Numbered from the stretch's first letter, positions 13,351 through 25,992 are shown. The stretch is DNA of 64,000 nucleotides from Octopus sinensis (GCF_006345805.1 NC_043001.1:12524001-12588000); one strand, 5' to 3'. Notes: generated by a model from the letters alone, not told the origin. Numbers and translations are program-made.

Positions 13351-14899
13351 TAAATATATATATATATATATATATATATACAGCATGCATAACTATATGT
13401 TATCTATACATACACGAACATATAAGTGTATATATGCATACATACACTAATAATACAATTTCGGAAAAGTGCGTATTATTTGTGTAGGCGTGTGTATCTT
13501 AGCCCAGCCATAAACGTTTCATATTTCCTGAATAATCTCGATCATGAATATTAAATACCGAAATATGTGACACCTTCACCTGAAAAGAAGACGAATAATT
13601 CATAGACTTCCCTTAAATCATATTCTAAAAACACTTCCTTAAGCATGGTTTTTTTTCTTCTATACCGCTCTGTATTTGCTGGTGTTTGTATAAAAAATAT
13701 TGATAAAGAAGACTTTATCACAACTTTGCAATCTACCTCTTATTTAATATGGAGTGTCAAATAACCAAAAAAAAATGTATTCTCTTTCCCAGTATTGATC
13801 AAAGTGTAATGTTTAAATCTTTAACAATTACTTGCCTCGTCTCATGTTACTAAACTTCAACCTCTTCGTATTTGCATATACACACCTTTGATATTATATT
13901 TGCACAAAAACATATAAAGCGACAGATATAGTATCTTGCATTGTGCCAGGATATCGGAAAACACCTTAAGTAAATCTCTTAGCATCCATCTCATATTGTC
14001 TGTTCAGACGACCGATGATACCTCTTATTATGACTATGCATTGTACAACCTTCTCCTCTATAAATATTGTCTCGAATAACTGTAAACTTTACCTAGAAAT
14101 GATTAATCACTATTTTCTATTAAGTATTTTTGCTCAGATACATTTTATATGGAATCTGCAGCTACATCCGATCTTCCTGCATATTCATTTCTGAGAGGAA
14201 TTTGGTTGTGGGTGGATAACTGAATTATAATGTATAGTTCACTTTATTGCAGTTATCTTCTCCAGAAATATGCACCAATTAATTACCTTTGTAATGTTTA
14301 ATAAACACACTTCATTCCTTTCACGCAGGCGTCAGGTGTTTTAGGTCTTTCTCAAGTTGAAGAAAATCTTCGGGGTATAACAACCTGCGAGGACCTTATA
14401 TCTGAATAGGATTGTGCTGTTTAATGTCTCATTTAGTATAAAATATTATGCAGTACGATCAGATATATGAGGATTTACCGCAAAATAATCTTTCGTTTTA
14501 GGAATTGAGTGATGACTGAAAGACAAACACAATACAAAGGGAATCGACTGAATTGCTTCAGGTAGCTTTTACCTCGAGTATCTGGTTATTTAATTTCAAA
14601 AGCATAAAATTAATATGAATCATGGTCCTTATATCTGATGCAAACTTTATTCACTATGAATCAATGGATCTCTTCTCAGGTACAATTTCAATTTTTCATA
14701 GAATTTAATAATCAAATTATTTTTGATAATGAGTTGACGATATCATAAATTTTAAGGATGCTTCAGTGTTTAGGATAATTACAGTCTCGTAAGGGAATGT
14801 CCGCAAGAAAATAGATGTTCAACTGAAATTATAAACAAAAATATTCTCAGAAATATCCGATTTAATAATTCATTAATTGAGTATGCTTAACGAGATCTA

Positions 14900-15830
14900 T
14901 TGGGTGGGTAACTAAGTACCTGCGGTTTTTTTTTAAATTTAAATTTCTTAAATGGTTAATAAAAACATAACAACTAATTAATCAATAATGTATTCACCCT
15001 TCTTGTTCACAACTTCTCAACTTTCAACAAAATTTTCTATACCTCATTGGTAGAAATCACCCGATTTCGACTCGAAAAATTGATCCAACCAAGCTGTCAA
15101 TTCTGCCTCATTATAGAACGAAACTCAGCGCATAGCATTTGAAAGACATTGAAAGAGGTGGAAATCTGTTGGGGCCAAACCAGGATAGTACGGCGGATGT
15201 GGCAGCACATCCGAGCCATGCGTTTGAATGGCTTCCTTGGTCATATTGGCGATATGAGTGCAGACATTGTCGTGCAGCAGCAGAACTCTATGCTGACGAT
15301 TAGGTCTTTTCCTTTGAATAGCCGTGTTGAGTCGTTCCATCTATTGAACATACAGTTTCGCGTTGACCGTTTGGTTCCGTTCAAACAATTTGTAATCGAT
15401 AATCCCTTCCCTATGGAGAGGGTACCATACCTGAAAGAACCGCTCGTGATTGGTATGCCAAGTTCAAAAATGGATATTTTGACCTCAAAGACGCACATCG
15501 TTCTGGCCGTTCAGTTGAGTTCAATGAAGAGCGATTAAACCAAGTTTTGCGCAACAATTCTCGACAAACGACAAGTGAACTGCTAGAGAAAATGGATTGC
15601 TCCCACACCGCTATAGGGAAGCATCTTCCCTCGATGGGAAATGTGCAGAAGTATGGAGCATGGGTTCCGCATGCTTGAAGTGACAACAACAAAAATCAAT
15701 AAGCCGCATTCTCCGCTGGTTTTCTTGCTCGTCACCGCTCACCTCATGGACACAAGCAACGATTTCTTTACCAAATCGTTACTGGCGATGAAAAATGGTG
15801 CCTGTAAATCAATACCCACAAAAACTCATT
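14900..15830. mobile_element. Rearranged mariner relic: TIR and C-terminal half on minus (14900-15411), N-terminal half on plus (15412-15810)
   Basis: TA followed by TTGGGTGGGTAACTAAGTACCTGCGG (TIR); minus LLHDN..HPPYYPGLAPTDFHLF; plus YGEGTIPERTARDWYAKFK..GAWVPHA..IVTGDEKW. Confidence 0.9.
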
Positions 15831-15899
15831 GTACTTTATCTACGTTCTGAAGTAAAAAAAAAATATCTACACTGATTATTTAGTATAATGTGACACTTC

Positions 15900-16200
15900 G
15901 CCTGTTACAACGACGAGGATTCGAAGTTATTCGATCTTCAGAATAACCTGCTCGAGAAAATAACGTGCAAGTGGTTGAGCACTCCTGAAATACGCCCACC
16001 TGTACGATTCAATATGGTATGCAATGTGACAAGGCTGGCACTTTGAAAAACAGACACTACGCACTTTTGCCAGTTGTGTGGACTAAAGCCACGAGAAATA
16101 AAATATCTTACTTAAAAACACAAAGCACTACAGGGAATCTAACGCATGGCCCTTCGGCTGAGAGCGAAATGCGCTAACCAATATGCCAGGTGCCTTGGTA
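15900..16200 (-). mobile_element. Old relative of SINE family E
   Basis: acgacgagg..tc...cctgctcgagaaaataacgtgcaagtggttgagcactcc matches the family E tail; tRNA-like head near 16130-16195. Confidence 0.5.
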
Positions 16201-16651
16201 TATATGTTTTTGTATTATCACACTGGGTAGATTCTATTCACTTTCTAGCTGAAGAAAACTTATAACTATCTATATATTATTGGAAATATAGAATTGCGAA
16301 AAGTTTAATGTGATATTTAAATTTCTTATTTGAGATATCGTCTTCCATTAGCTTACATCATGGACTCATGAAAAATTTGAGAAATATACATGGATGTTGC
16401 AAGACTGCAAGACACCTTACAGAAAAATATTCGCGACTTCACTATACATGATAAAAATAAGAGAAAAAATATTTTACGCATACGCACACATTCACACACG
16501 CACACATACATCTCAGCTATATGTGTATACATTTGAGTATGTGTATGTATATATATATATTATATATATATATATATAATATATATATATTATATATATA
16601 TATACATTTATATATATATATATTTACATTTATATATATATATATTTATAC

Positions 16652-16682
<31 letters not shown>

Positions 16683-16721
16683 CATATACATATACATATA
16701 TTTGTACATAAATGCATCTAT

Positions 16722-16785
<64 letters not shown>

Positions 16786-17323
16786 ATATATTATATATAT
16801 ATTATATATATATATACTGTACATATTGAATAAGTGTACGCAGCTGGTTTCCACCCCCAGAAGAATATTTCATTTCATTGATGCACAGAAATGGCATTTT
16901 TCTTCTTTGTTATGTAAATGATTTGCTTTACAGATGGCTTTCATATATACATTTATACTTCCATTCATCATCCATCCATTCATCCATACATACACATATA
17001 CACGCATGTACAATGCACATTCACACACGCGCATTCATATATATATTGTTTTTGTATACATTCTCTGCTTTCTTCCAAGGAATCTAATGCTCTTAGCTTA
17101 GATTTTCCTTGAGGTAATCTCAGGTAAAATTAGCCGAAATTGCGAGGATAATCTGGTGCTTGACTGTGGATAGAAAACTTCGATTGACCCATCCTTGTTT
17201 TCTTTGTAGATCTTTAGCCTGGCTAAAAAGTCCTATTCGATCACAGCACCAGTAACAGTTAAGCTTCGTGCAATGGCCATGCTCGATAACGATGGGGACA
17301 GCCATAATATATATAAATATATA

Positions 17324-17781
17324 GGATCTTCTCGGTTTGAACGGCAGTTTTTTCTAGCGGTTTGACATGAAATTGTCACCTATAATTATGACCCTAGTAT
17401 CGATCTATTGCATTTCTATCTGTTTTAGTGTTAGGGTTAGTTAGGATTAGGGCTAGGGTTAGAGTTAAGGTTAGAGTTAGGAATGGGGGAAAGGGTATAT
17501 TTTTTTTTGTTCAGTAATGTAAATAAACTCTATCGTTTTTTTTAATCGAGGGACATATTCATACGACACAGAATGTTTTCACCTCAATAGACGTCAGTGA
17601 TTGGTTGAAATTGCAGAAATTAAAGGAAAAAACAACAAATGTCTTACAAACTATAGGATTTTCTCAATAAAACCAAGAGAAAAAGATGTTTTATAAACAC
17701 ATTCTACCAATATACGAAGTTTAAAAGTGTTTTATTACGTGGAAATTATTTTAAAAACCTGCGTTCAAACCGAAGAGATCC
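17324..17781. mobile_element. 458-bp MITE with about 29-bp TIRs, TA flanks and internal degenerate TTAGGG repeats
   Basis: Left GGATCTTCTCGGTTTGAACGGCAGTTTTT; right end reverse-complemented GGATCTCTTCGGTTTGAACGCAGGTTTTT; gttagggttagttaggattagggctagggttagagttaaggttagag at 17429-17483. Confidence 0.8.
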
Positions 17782-17891
17782 TATATATATATATATATAT
17801 ATATGATTGATTGATTGATTGATTGATTCTAGTTTCAGCTTATGAGCTGTGGCCATGCTGGGGCACCGCCATTTGGTGTTGCTACTTGGTT

Positions 17892-20807
17892 TTACTTCAC
17901 GAAGTGCTTGAGAGAGTTCGATGCAGCTGCCCTCATCTGCCCCTCCTGCCGTGAAGTTGGTTCATCTGGGACACCTGACAGGAAGAGATCCAGCTTCATT
18001 TTAAAGACATCTGCATCCACCCCATGCAGGTCTCTCAGGTTCTTCGGGAGGATATTGAAGAGCTGTGGGCCTCGGAAGCCCAGGCTAACACAGAATCTTG
18101 TCCTACATCTTGATGGCAAGTTTGGAGTCCTAGGCACCACGCGGTGGCGCCCAGTTCTGGCATTTGCGTAACTCTCGATGCCAAAGTTCAGGACACGTCC
18201 CTCCAGGATCTTCCAGATGTATATTATGGCATATCTTTCCCGCCTACGCTCCAGGGAATATAGTTTTAATCTCTTGAGTCTTTCCCAGTAGCTTACATTC
18301 TGCATAGAGGCTATCTTCTTCGTGTAGCTACGTTGGATCGCCTCGAGCTTTGTGATCAACTTGACACTGGATGGTGACCATAACTGAGAGCAGTAGTCAA
18401 AGTGGTTTAGGACAGGTGTCCTCCAGAGGACCATCATGGTTTCTTGTTCTCTTGTTCTAAAGGTTCTGAGGATCCATCCGGCCAGTAAATACCTAGGTCA
18501 CGCACTGATTGTGCCTCTGGGATTGCTATTCCTCCGGGTCCAGTGTATTCATTTGGTATTTCATTTAGTTTTGCATGCTGATAGTATAGAGCTTGAAACT
18601 TTTCAGCATTGAACTGCATGCTATTCTTTTCGGCCCACTTGTATCTTTTGTCTAGCTCACATTGCAGGTGTTTAGTGTCCTCAGGGTTCTGTATTGCCTG
18701 TGAAACTTTTGTATCATCTGCATAACTTGTGATCGTGGCTCTCTGCGTGGCTGAGGGCATGTCTGAGAGGGCCATTATGAACAGTAGTGGTCCCAGAACA
18801 GTGCCCTGCGGAACACCGCTCACTATTTGCGTGTTAATGGAAGTGGCCCCATTGGCCACTATCACCTGACTTCTATATTTCAGAAAGTCATGAAGCCATT
18901 CTCCCAGTTTTCCAACTATGTTGAGATCACGCAGTTTGTGACATATCATTCCATGATCGACTTTATCAAAGGCCTTTGCAAAGTCGAGATATATCACTTC
19001 CACATTTGAGTGGTTGAGCAGCCGTTTCAGCACCCAGTCATAGTGTTGTAGGAGCTGAGTTAAACAGCTTCTCCCTGGTCGGAAACCATGTTGGTTGTCG
19101 GGCAGCAAGTCATTCTCTTCAAGGAAGGTGATCAGCTTCCTTCTGACTATTCGTTCCATGACCTTGCTGATGTGTGAGGTCAGAGAGATAGGTCTATAGT
19201 TCTTGGCTTCCGCTCTGCTACCTCCTTTATGAATGGGGCATATTTTACCTTCCTTCAGTTTTCTTGGAAGTTTGCCAGCTGCAAGGAAGCTCTGAAAGAG
19301 GAACTGCAGTGGTCTTGCTAGGACTCTCTTACATGCTTTTAGGAGGATTGCCGGGAATCCATCGGGGCCAGTAGCTGAGTCTGTTTTCATTTCAACTATA
19401 GCCTTGATTACATCGTCTTCCTTTATATCGATGTAATCTATCGTCGCCGCCTCTGATTTTATATCTGCAGTGGTACAAAAGTCAGTTGGATTGGTGATTT
19501 GGAGATGCCCAAGGGGTGGAGTGAAAACACTCTTGAATTGCTCATTCAGTATTTCACTTACCCTCATTGGTTTTCCTGTAAGTGTGCCATCCTTTTCGAG
19601 GAGTGGCCCTATTCTACAGTGCACCGAAGCTGTTTCTTTGGCATACCTGTAGAAAGCTCTGGGGTTAGATTTTATGTTTTCTATAGCCCAGGCTTCTTTG
19701 TCTGCTCTTTCTTTTTCATGGGAGAGTTGCAGACATTTTTCGATTTCCAACAGTTTTATTTTTAGGCGGGACTTTTCACTGCTTTCAATCTGTTTGTTTA
19801 GGCGATTTGAAAATTTTGTACGCCGTCTCATTAAAATTTTCCTCTCTCTGGGGATTTTGTTCTTGTGTACAGTGGCCTTTCTCTCTGGGACACATTTGTA
19901 GCATATGGCTTGCATTACAGACATGAATTGTTGAAGTTTCACGTCGATGTCTGGCGAGGAGAGACATTTAGGCCAGTTTTGTTTGAGGATCTCTTTCTCA
20001 ATTTGTTTCCAGTTTGCCTTATGGTAGTTCAAGCTGGAAAGATTCTGAGGGTTTCTTATAGGCTGCATGTCCGTGCTCTCTTTTGGCCCGTTCATGGTCA
20101 GCTCTATCATGTTGTGATCCGAGAGTAGTGTCGGTGTCACTTTCACATTATGGATGAGATCCATGTCATTTGTGAAGCAGAACCAGTGTGTTACCTGCCC
20201 TGGTTGGTTGGAGTATTACCTGTTCCATGTACAGGGTGTTGATGAGGTTCAGGAGGGACCTCGCCTGTCCTCGTTCACTTCTTGTCATTCCTGGGAGAGA
20301 AAGGCCCTCGGGCCATCTGACATTGGGAAGATTGAAGTCTCCCATAAGAAGTACACTTATGTGTTGTTCTAATGTGGTTAGAACTTCTTCTATTTTTATA
20401 AGGCAGTCTTCAAACTTGCCCACATGGCTTGGGGCATCTGGAGGGCGATATGTAGCACACACAACTACATCAAGTTGCCTAATATGTACAATTAGTGTGT
20501 CACACACCGAGTTTGAGTATGACAAGAGGACCTGGGGTGTGAGGTCCTCACGGATGTACATAGCAACACCTCCATGACTCCTTTCTTTCCTGTCGGTCCG
20601 TAGTACAGCATACTGTGGTATGTGTAACTCCGCATCTGCTATGTCCGGTTTCAGGTGCGTTTCCGTAAGTGCTATGCATAAGGCTTGATTGCATGCAACA
20701 AAGTCTCTCAGGAACGGGATCTTTGTCCTGTTACTGAGTGTTTGCAGTCCTCTGATGTTCAGTAGGAGCATCGAGGTGAGGTGTGCGTTGTTGCCGGCGG
20801 TGTCCAT
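17892..20807 (-). pseudogene. LINE ORF2: APE endonuclease + reverse transcriptase, interrupted
   Basis: NIRGL, LTETHL, YRPP, GDFNLP, SDHN (APE); YLDFAKAFDKVDH, GVPQGTVLGP, YADDTK (RT). Frameshift near 20175; about 20 codons missing between DLGI and LAGWILRTF near 18490 compared with the copy at 37.5 kb. Confidence 0.93.
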
Positions 20808-21648
20808 CCTGGGTCTGTTTGCTGTGGTGGTCTGGTATATAGTGGGTAGTCCCACCTGCGGGCTTGGGTTTGATGAAGCCAGGTCAGCTGCTGTACAATC
20901 TTTTGTGCCATGCACAAAAAAGATTGTTGCTCAGCAGCTGCCCTTTCGACAACATCATGTTGGCGGTTTGTGGCACGCACAACATCTGCGTACCTCCGCT
21001 TTGGGGCAAGTGGTGCGTGGTCCATCCCTTTTCCTTGTGTTGATGGTTTGTCCATCTGCCTCGTGTCCCCGATGTGCAAAGCGGCAGCCTGCACCTTCCT
21101 TTTCATGCCAGCAGGAACCTCTCAGGTAGAACCTACACATCCGTGTGCGCCGTTTGTTTCCATCTTTTGCGGTTCCACTTCTATTCCTGGTTTTTTCACC
21201 CTTTGGTCCTGCTTGAGCTTTTCCTTTAGCTCTTCCAGTCCTTCTTTTAGTTCTTCCTCCTCCCTCTACCTCTTCACCGGTTCTCCGTCTCCATGGCCCT
21301 TGCTGCCGTTGGAGAACTTGCATCTGGGTTCACTTCCCGGGCAGGTTTCTCATTCAAAACCTCCTCCCGGGCGTCCACCAGGTGGGGGTGACTTCTTTCA
21401 TCGTCTCCATTCTTGCCATCTTTGCCCCGCTCGTTCTCAAAGATGGCATCAAGTGCGCCAATGTGCGACCGTATAAGCGCATATGAGCGCACGAATTCCC
21501 GTCTCTTTCGCTCCATCTGAGCCGCTGTCCTCTTGTAGCCGTTGTTCTTCAGCGCAGCCGCAATCACCTCGCTAGGGCTATCTCCGTCGGCGCACTCCCA
21601 GGCTCGTACGAATAAATCTAGTTCGTCAGGTCTCCAGGCTCTGGTCAT
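20759..21648 (-). pseudogene. LINE ORF1 in several frames: trihelix/Myb-SANT-like domain, coiled coil, CCCH zinc finger
   Basis: WRPDELDLFVRAW..VIAAALKNNGYKRTAAQMERKRREFVRSY; EEEELKEGLEELKEKLKQD; CRFYLRGSCWHEKEGAGCRFAH; the stop overlaps the ORF2 start region. Confidence 0.75.
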
Positions 21649-21704
21649 GCTGGATAATCTGTCTATTTGTTTATCTATCTAACTATGTTCGAGAGAAGAC
21701 AAGA

Positions 21705-22475
21705 AGATATTAAGGCTAATTAGAAGATAGAGTATTTGAAAAAAAATATTAACAATATTAACAATATTAAAGTTTGTGGGTAAAAACGCTATTTAATCTT
21801 AAGGCTAATTAGGAGATAGAGTATCTGAAAATATATTAGCAATATTAATATTATATTAGAGTGTGGGTAAAAACGTTATTTAATCTTAAGGCTAATTAGA
21901 AGATAGTGTATTCAAAAATATATTAAAGTGTGGGTAAAAATGTTAAAGTGTGGGTAAAAACGTTATTTAATCTTAAGGCTAATTAGAGGATAGAGTATTA
22001 TTAATATTAACAATATTAAAGTTTGTGGGTAAAAACGTTATTTAATCTTAAGGCTAATTAGGAGATAGAGTATCTGAAAATATGTTAACAATATTAATAT
22101 TATATTAAAGTGTGGGTAAAAACGTTATTTAATCTTAAGGCTAATTAAAAGATAGAGTATTCAAAAATATATTAAAGTGTGGGTAAAAATGTTAAAGTGT
22201 GGATAAGAACGTTATTTAATCTTAAGGCTAATTAGAGGATAGAGTATCTGAAAATATATTAACAGATATTAAAATGTGGGTAAAAAGGCTAATTAGAAGA
22301 TATTAAAGTGTGGGTAAAAAATTAGAAGATGTTAAAGTGTGGGTAAAAACGTTGTTTATTCTTAAGGCTAATTAGAAGATAGAGTATCTGAAAAATTATT
22401 AACAATGTTAAACAATATTAAACAGTATTAAACGTTATTTAATCTTAAGGCTAATTAGTAGATAGAGTATCTGAA
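21705..22475. repeat. Tandem array of 10 monomers (61-89 bp) with a 249-bp higher-order period, upstream of ORF1
   Basis: AAGGCTAATT at 21712, 21801, 21888, 21975, 22050, 22137, 22224, 22285, 22364 and 22447; units 2-3-4 are repeated as 5-6-7. Confidence 0.93.
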
Positions 22476-23537
22476 AGAGGAGAGATGAGAGGGTAAGAAA
22501 GAGAGGAAAGATTATTTATCTATCTAAAGTTCGTGAAAGTTCACGTCCATGCATATATACGCATACATATATACATACACGCACACATATATACATACAC
22601 GTGCGCACACACACACACACACACACATATACACAGACGGGGAGAGAAGGAAGGTGGAAAGAAAAAAGAAAATGAGTGAAAATATATTAAAATGTATATA
22701 TTAAGGTGTGAAGAAAGGGTTATTTAATTCTGAAGCCAATTTCTGCCTTCGAGAACAGATATTGGGATGTAAACAAAACACAAATGGCGATCGTAACTTT
22801 AACGGAGATGTGGGCTTAAGTTAAGGGGGATAAAATAGGATAATAAACAAAATATGAAATAGAAGATGAAAGTGATACTTAATCCAACGATGTGGTCTGG
22901 ATTTTTTGTGGTTTACGGGATTATTTACCAGGAGATGTTTCTTTTTCCTTCTTGTAGGAGATAAGTTACTTCAGTGAGTTTTTCCACCATGTGCGTTTTC
23001 GGCGAAAAGAAAAATTATTACTGTATTTGGCTTCAGGCAAAATATATTACGTTTTTGATTAATATATTTGTAGCCGAAGTGTTGTAGTGGACTTTATGAG
23101 TTGAATTTGTGACTTTCAGTAGATTTTTTCACCGATTTATGCACACTTTCTGCCTTTTTAAAACAGAGCAAAGGCGATACACGACTTTCCCATATATATA
23201 TATATATATGTATAGGCTGTCCCAGAAGTCGCGCACAATTCTGGTTGTCATTAAAAATAATTAAAGAATATTATGTTATATTTTTTCTGCATGCTTTATG
23301 GTAGAGGGTGCTCAATTTGAGCATATGTTACATTTAATTTCAATGTTGTCATCTTATTGATATATGCCATGCTCTTTTTTCCATTTTTTTAACCCCAATT
23401 TGTCTCTGATGCGGTATATCCCATACTCGAGAATATCCCAGAAACAGCTGTAAGATTTTGAATGTCTTCCTGAATTATTATTGTATATCACTTAAGATAT
23501 TTGCCTTGCCTTAATGTTTGACGTCCTGTTTAACAAT

Positions 23538-23581
<44 letters not shown>

Positions 23582-23734
23582 TAGTTGAATGAATTATCTT
23601 ATTATGGATAATTCGAATTAACCGATACCTGGGTAGCAAATTCACATCAGAAAAAACACGGTTGAAGTTACGTGCCTAGGGCATAGATTTCGTGCTTTCG
23701 TGTGGAAAGTTGTATGTTTATTTTAAAAATATAA

Positions 23735-23923
23735 ATATATGAAAGAATGGAGTTGAACGACGAATTAACAAAATTCCTTTATTTTCGACATATGTTTCGA
23801 AGGCTGCATATTCGTAATTGCGGCATAATGTACTCCTCATTCCTTCGCAATTAGGAATATGCAGCCTTCGAAACATATGTCGAAAATAAAGGAATTTTGT
23901 TAATTTGTCGTTCAACTCCATTC

Positions 23924-23933
<10 letters not shown>
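23735..23933. repeat. Near-perfect palindrome, 88-bp arms, 23-nt loop, ending in (TA)n
   Basis: Two mismatches between arms by my count; each arm carries GAAA-CATATG-TC. Confidence 0.95.
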
Positions 23934-23994
<61 letters not shown>

Positions 23995-24452
23995 TGTATG
24001 AGTTGCATAATAGTAGCTTTATCTCTAATTTATATATATATATGTATATATGTTGTTTTCTCTAAGGAGAGTCATTAATACCAATGCTATGCACACACGC
24101 TAAGGGACACTGTGACAAGAAAATTTGTTTCAACACTGGAATTTACATAGAGAAATTTGCAAAGCAGTTAAAAAAGAAAAAACAACAATATATATAATGT
24201 TTAATGTTGAATGTGTGCGTAATATGATATTGAAACAGAGTGTTGAAATTTAAAAAAAATATTCAAATATTTATTCAGAATCAACTCATTCTTGTTTTCA
24301 GATATTACAAAAATGCCTAACACCATATCGGAAATATCATACAGTGTAAAAAAAAGTCGTTTTATGTATTTTCACTCGAATATGTCTAAATTATTTTTAG
24401 AATATCTTATAATGTCACACCCACTTACGCTGCAGTGACGTATTCGTGTGTA

Positions 24453-24684
24453 CAGTAATTCCTCACCATAAAGTGGTTCCCCTATCGCGGTTAACTTATC
24501 GCGGTCCAGCTATCGGCGCTCACATATCACCTTACGCCGATTCCGCTGTGGTGTTCTTTTTGCATCTATAATGAAATATGCAAATTATGAAGTATGCAGT
24601 ACAGTACTGTTTCAACTTCGCGGATTTTCATTTATCGCTGGGGCATTTTGGAACGTAACACCCGCGATAGTCGAGGAATTACTG
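24453..24684. mobile_element. 232-bp pogo/Tigger-like MITE
   Basis: TA|CAGTAATTCCTC...GAGGAATTACTG|TA: perfect 12-bp TIR and TA duplication. Confidence 0.9.
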
Positions 24685-25104
24685 TATATGCATTATTGTT
24701 TAAAAGAAAATAGGGATACGAACACGGGAATTAAAATAATAGGTTTTCTCGGCCAAGTGACAGGGGTTTGCTTCTTGAGATTATTTCATTGTGATATAGT
24801 TACCCCGAAACAAGAATTAAAATCTAGCTAAATCCTGTAAGAGAAGTAATTTTACTGCAGGGTCGGAGAAGCCACATAGATCTGAAAGCTAAATAGCATT
24901 CTGAACACATGGGAAGACGTTTAGCATCCGTTTAGCATGCTGATAAGGATTAATATTGCCTACATCAATATCCGAAATCGTTGATTCGATCCTTTGAGAT
25001 ATAATGTATTATATCTAAAGAGTTCGATTGAACGGACGAAAACTCTAATAAAGAATTAAGCAAAATATTCACTGCCTCCTTCTACTTAAAATGAAATCTA
25101 TTCT

Positions 25105-25313
25105 TTTACTCTTTTACTTGTTTCAGTCATGTGACTGTGGCCATGCTGGAGCACCGCCTTTAGTCGAGCCAGTCGACCCCAGGACTTATTCTTTGTAAGC
25201 CTAATACTTATTCTATCGGTTTCTTTAGCTGAACCGCTAAGTTACGGGGACGTAAACACACCAGCATCGGTTGTTAAGCGATGTTGGTGGGGGGACAAAC
25301 ACACACACACAAA

Positions 25314-25320
<7 letters not shown>
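25105..25320 (-). mobile_element. SINE family A, 3' half
   Basis: gtttcagtcat.tgactgtggccatgctggagcaccgcc...gggacaaacac, as at 33990, 40235, 50648, 58850 and 60072. Confidence 0.9.
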
Positions 25321-25362
<42 letters not shown>

Positions 25363-25992
25363 GTGTGTATACATGGCATCCTCCATGGCTTATAATCTTT
25401 CTCACTCGAACCGAAAGAAGAAAATATATTGTACACTGGGAAATAATGTTGAAATGATAAAAGCCTGTTACGGTCCTTCTTTCATCCAGGTAGACACAAA
25501 GAAAAGCCAAGACAATTAGCCAAAACCCTGAAGAGTACGAGTGTATGACACAGCATTTAGCTGAGCATTTTTGTGTGGTCAAGACTATGCATCAACAAAG
25601 CAGCGAATTGGAAGATTGATATAACGAAAAAACAACGATTACCATATCATGCACGGTATGATATACAACACTCTTCGAACAGCGCCATTTCCATTGATGT
25701 AGCTACATATACCTTCTGTATTGGATCTTTCTCTTCTATATAAATATGTATATGTCTATGCCGGAAAGGCGGCGCTCCAGCATGGCCCACGCCTTTACCT
25801 GGAAGTAGTAAACGATTATATATATATAGCTTTTGTATACTGTCAACTTAATGTGACAGTCCTATGAAGGGAATCATACTACTGCTATTTAGCCCTAGGA
25901 AGCACAAACACTTCCTGTCGGCCTGCACACATTTTCTGTATCCTTATGTTTGCAAGGGGGAGATAAGCACCCCCACCCAGCTAAGCCTGCAT

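Larger units (their letters stand above)
17803..22552 (-). mobile_element. Probably full-length CR1-group LINE (about 4.75 kb), disabled
   Basis: (ATCA)n 3' tail, short 3' UTR stem-loop, ORF2 APE+RT, ORF1, tandem-repeat 5' region; microsatellite on both flanks, so no TSD is resolvable and the 5' end is approximate. Confidence 0.9.

Noticed and set aside
17429-17483. Interstitial telomere or chromosome fusion site
   Set aside because: Short, degenerate and enclosed by MITE TIRs
17892-21648. Active autonomous LINE
   Set aside because: Several frameshifts plus a roughly 60-nt deletion in ORF2 that a homopolymer sequencing error cannot explain
21705-22475. CRISPR-like regular array
   Set aside because: The intervening sequences are themselves repeats, there are no cas genes, and the context is eukaryotic
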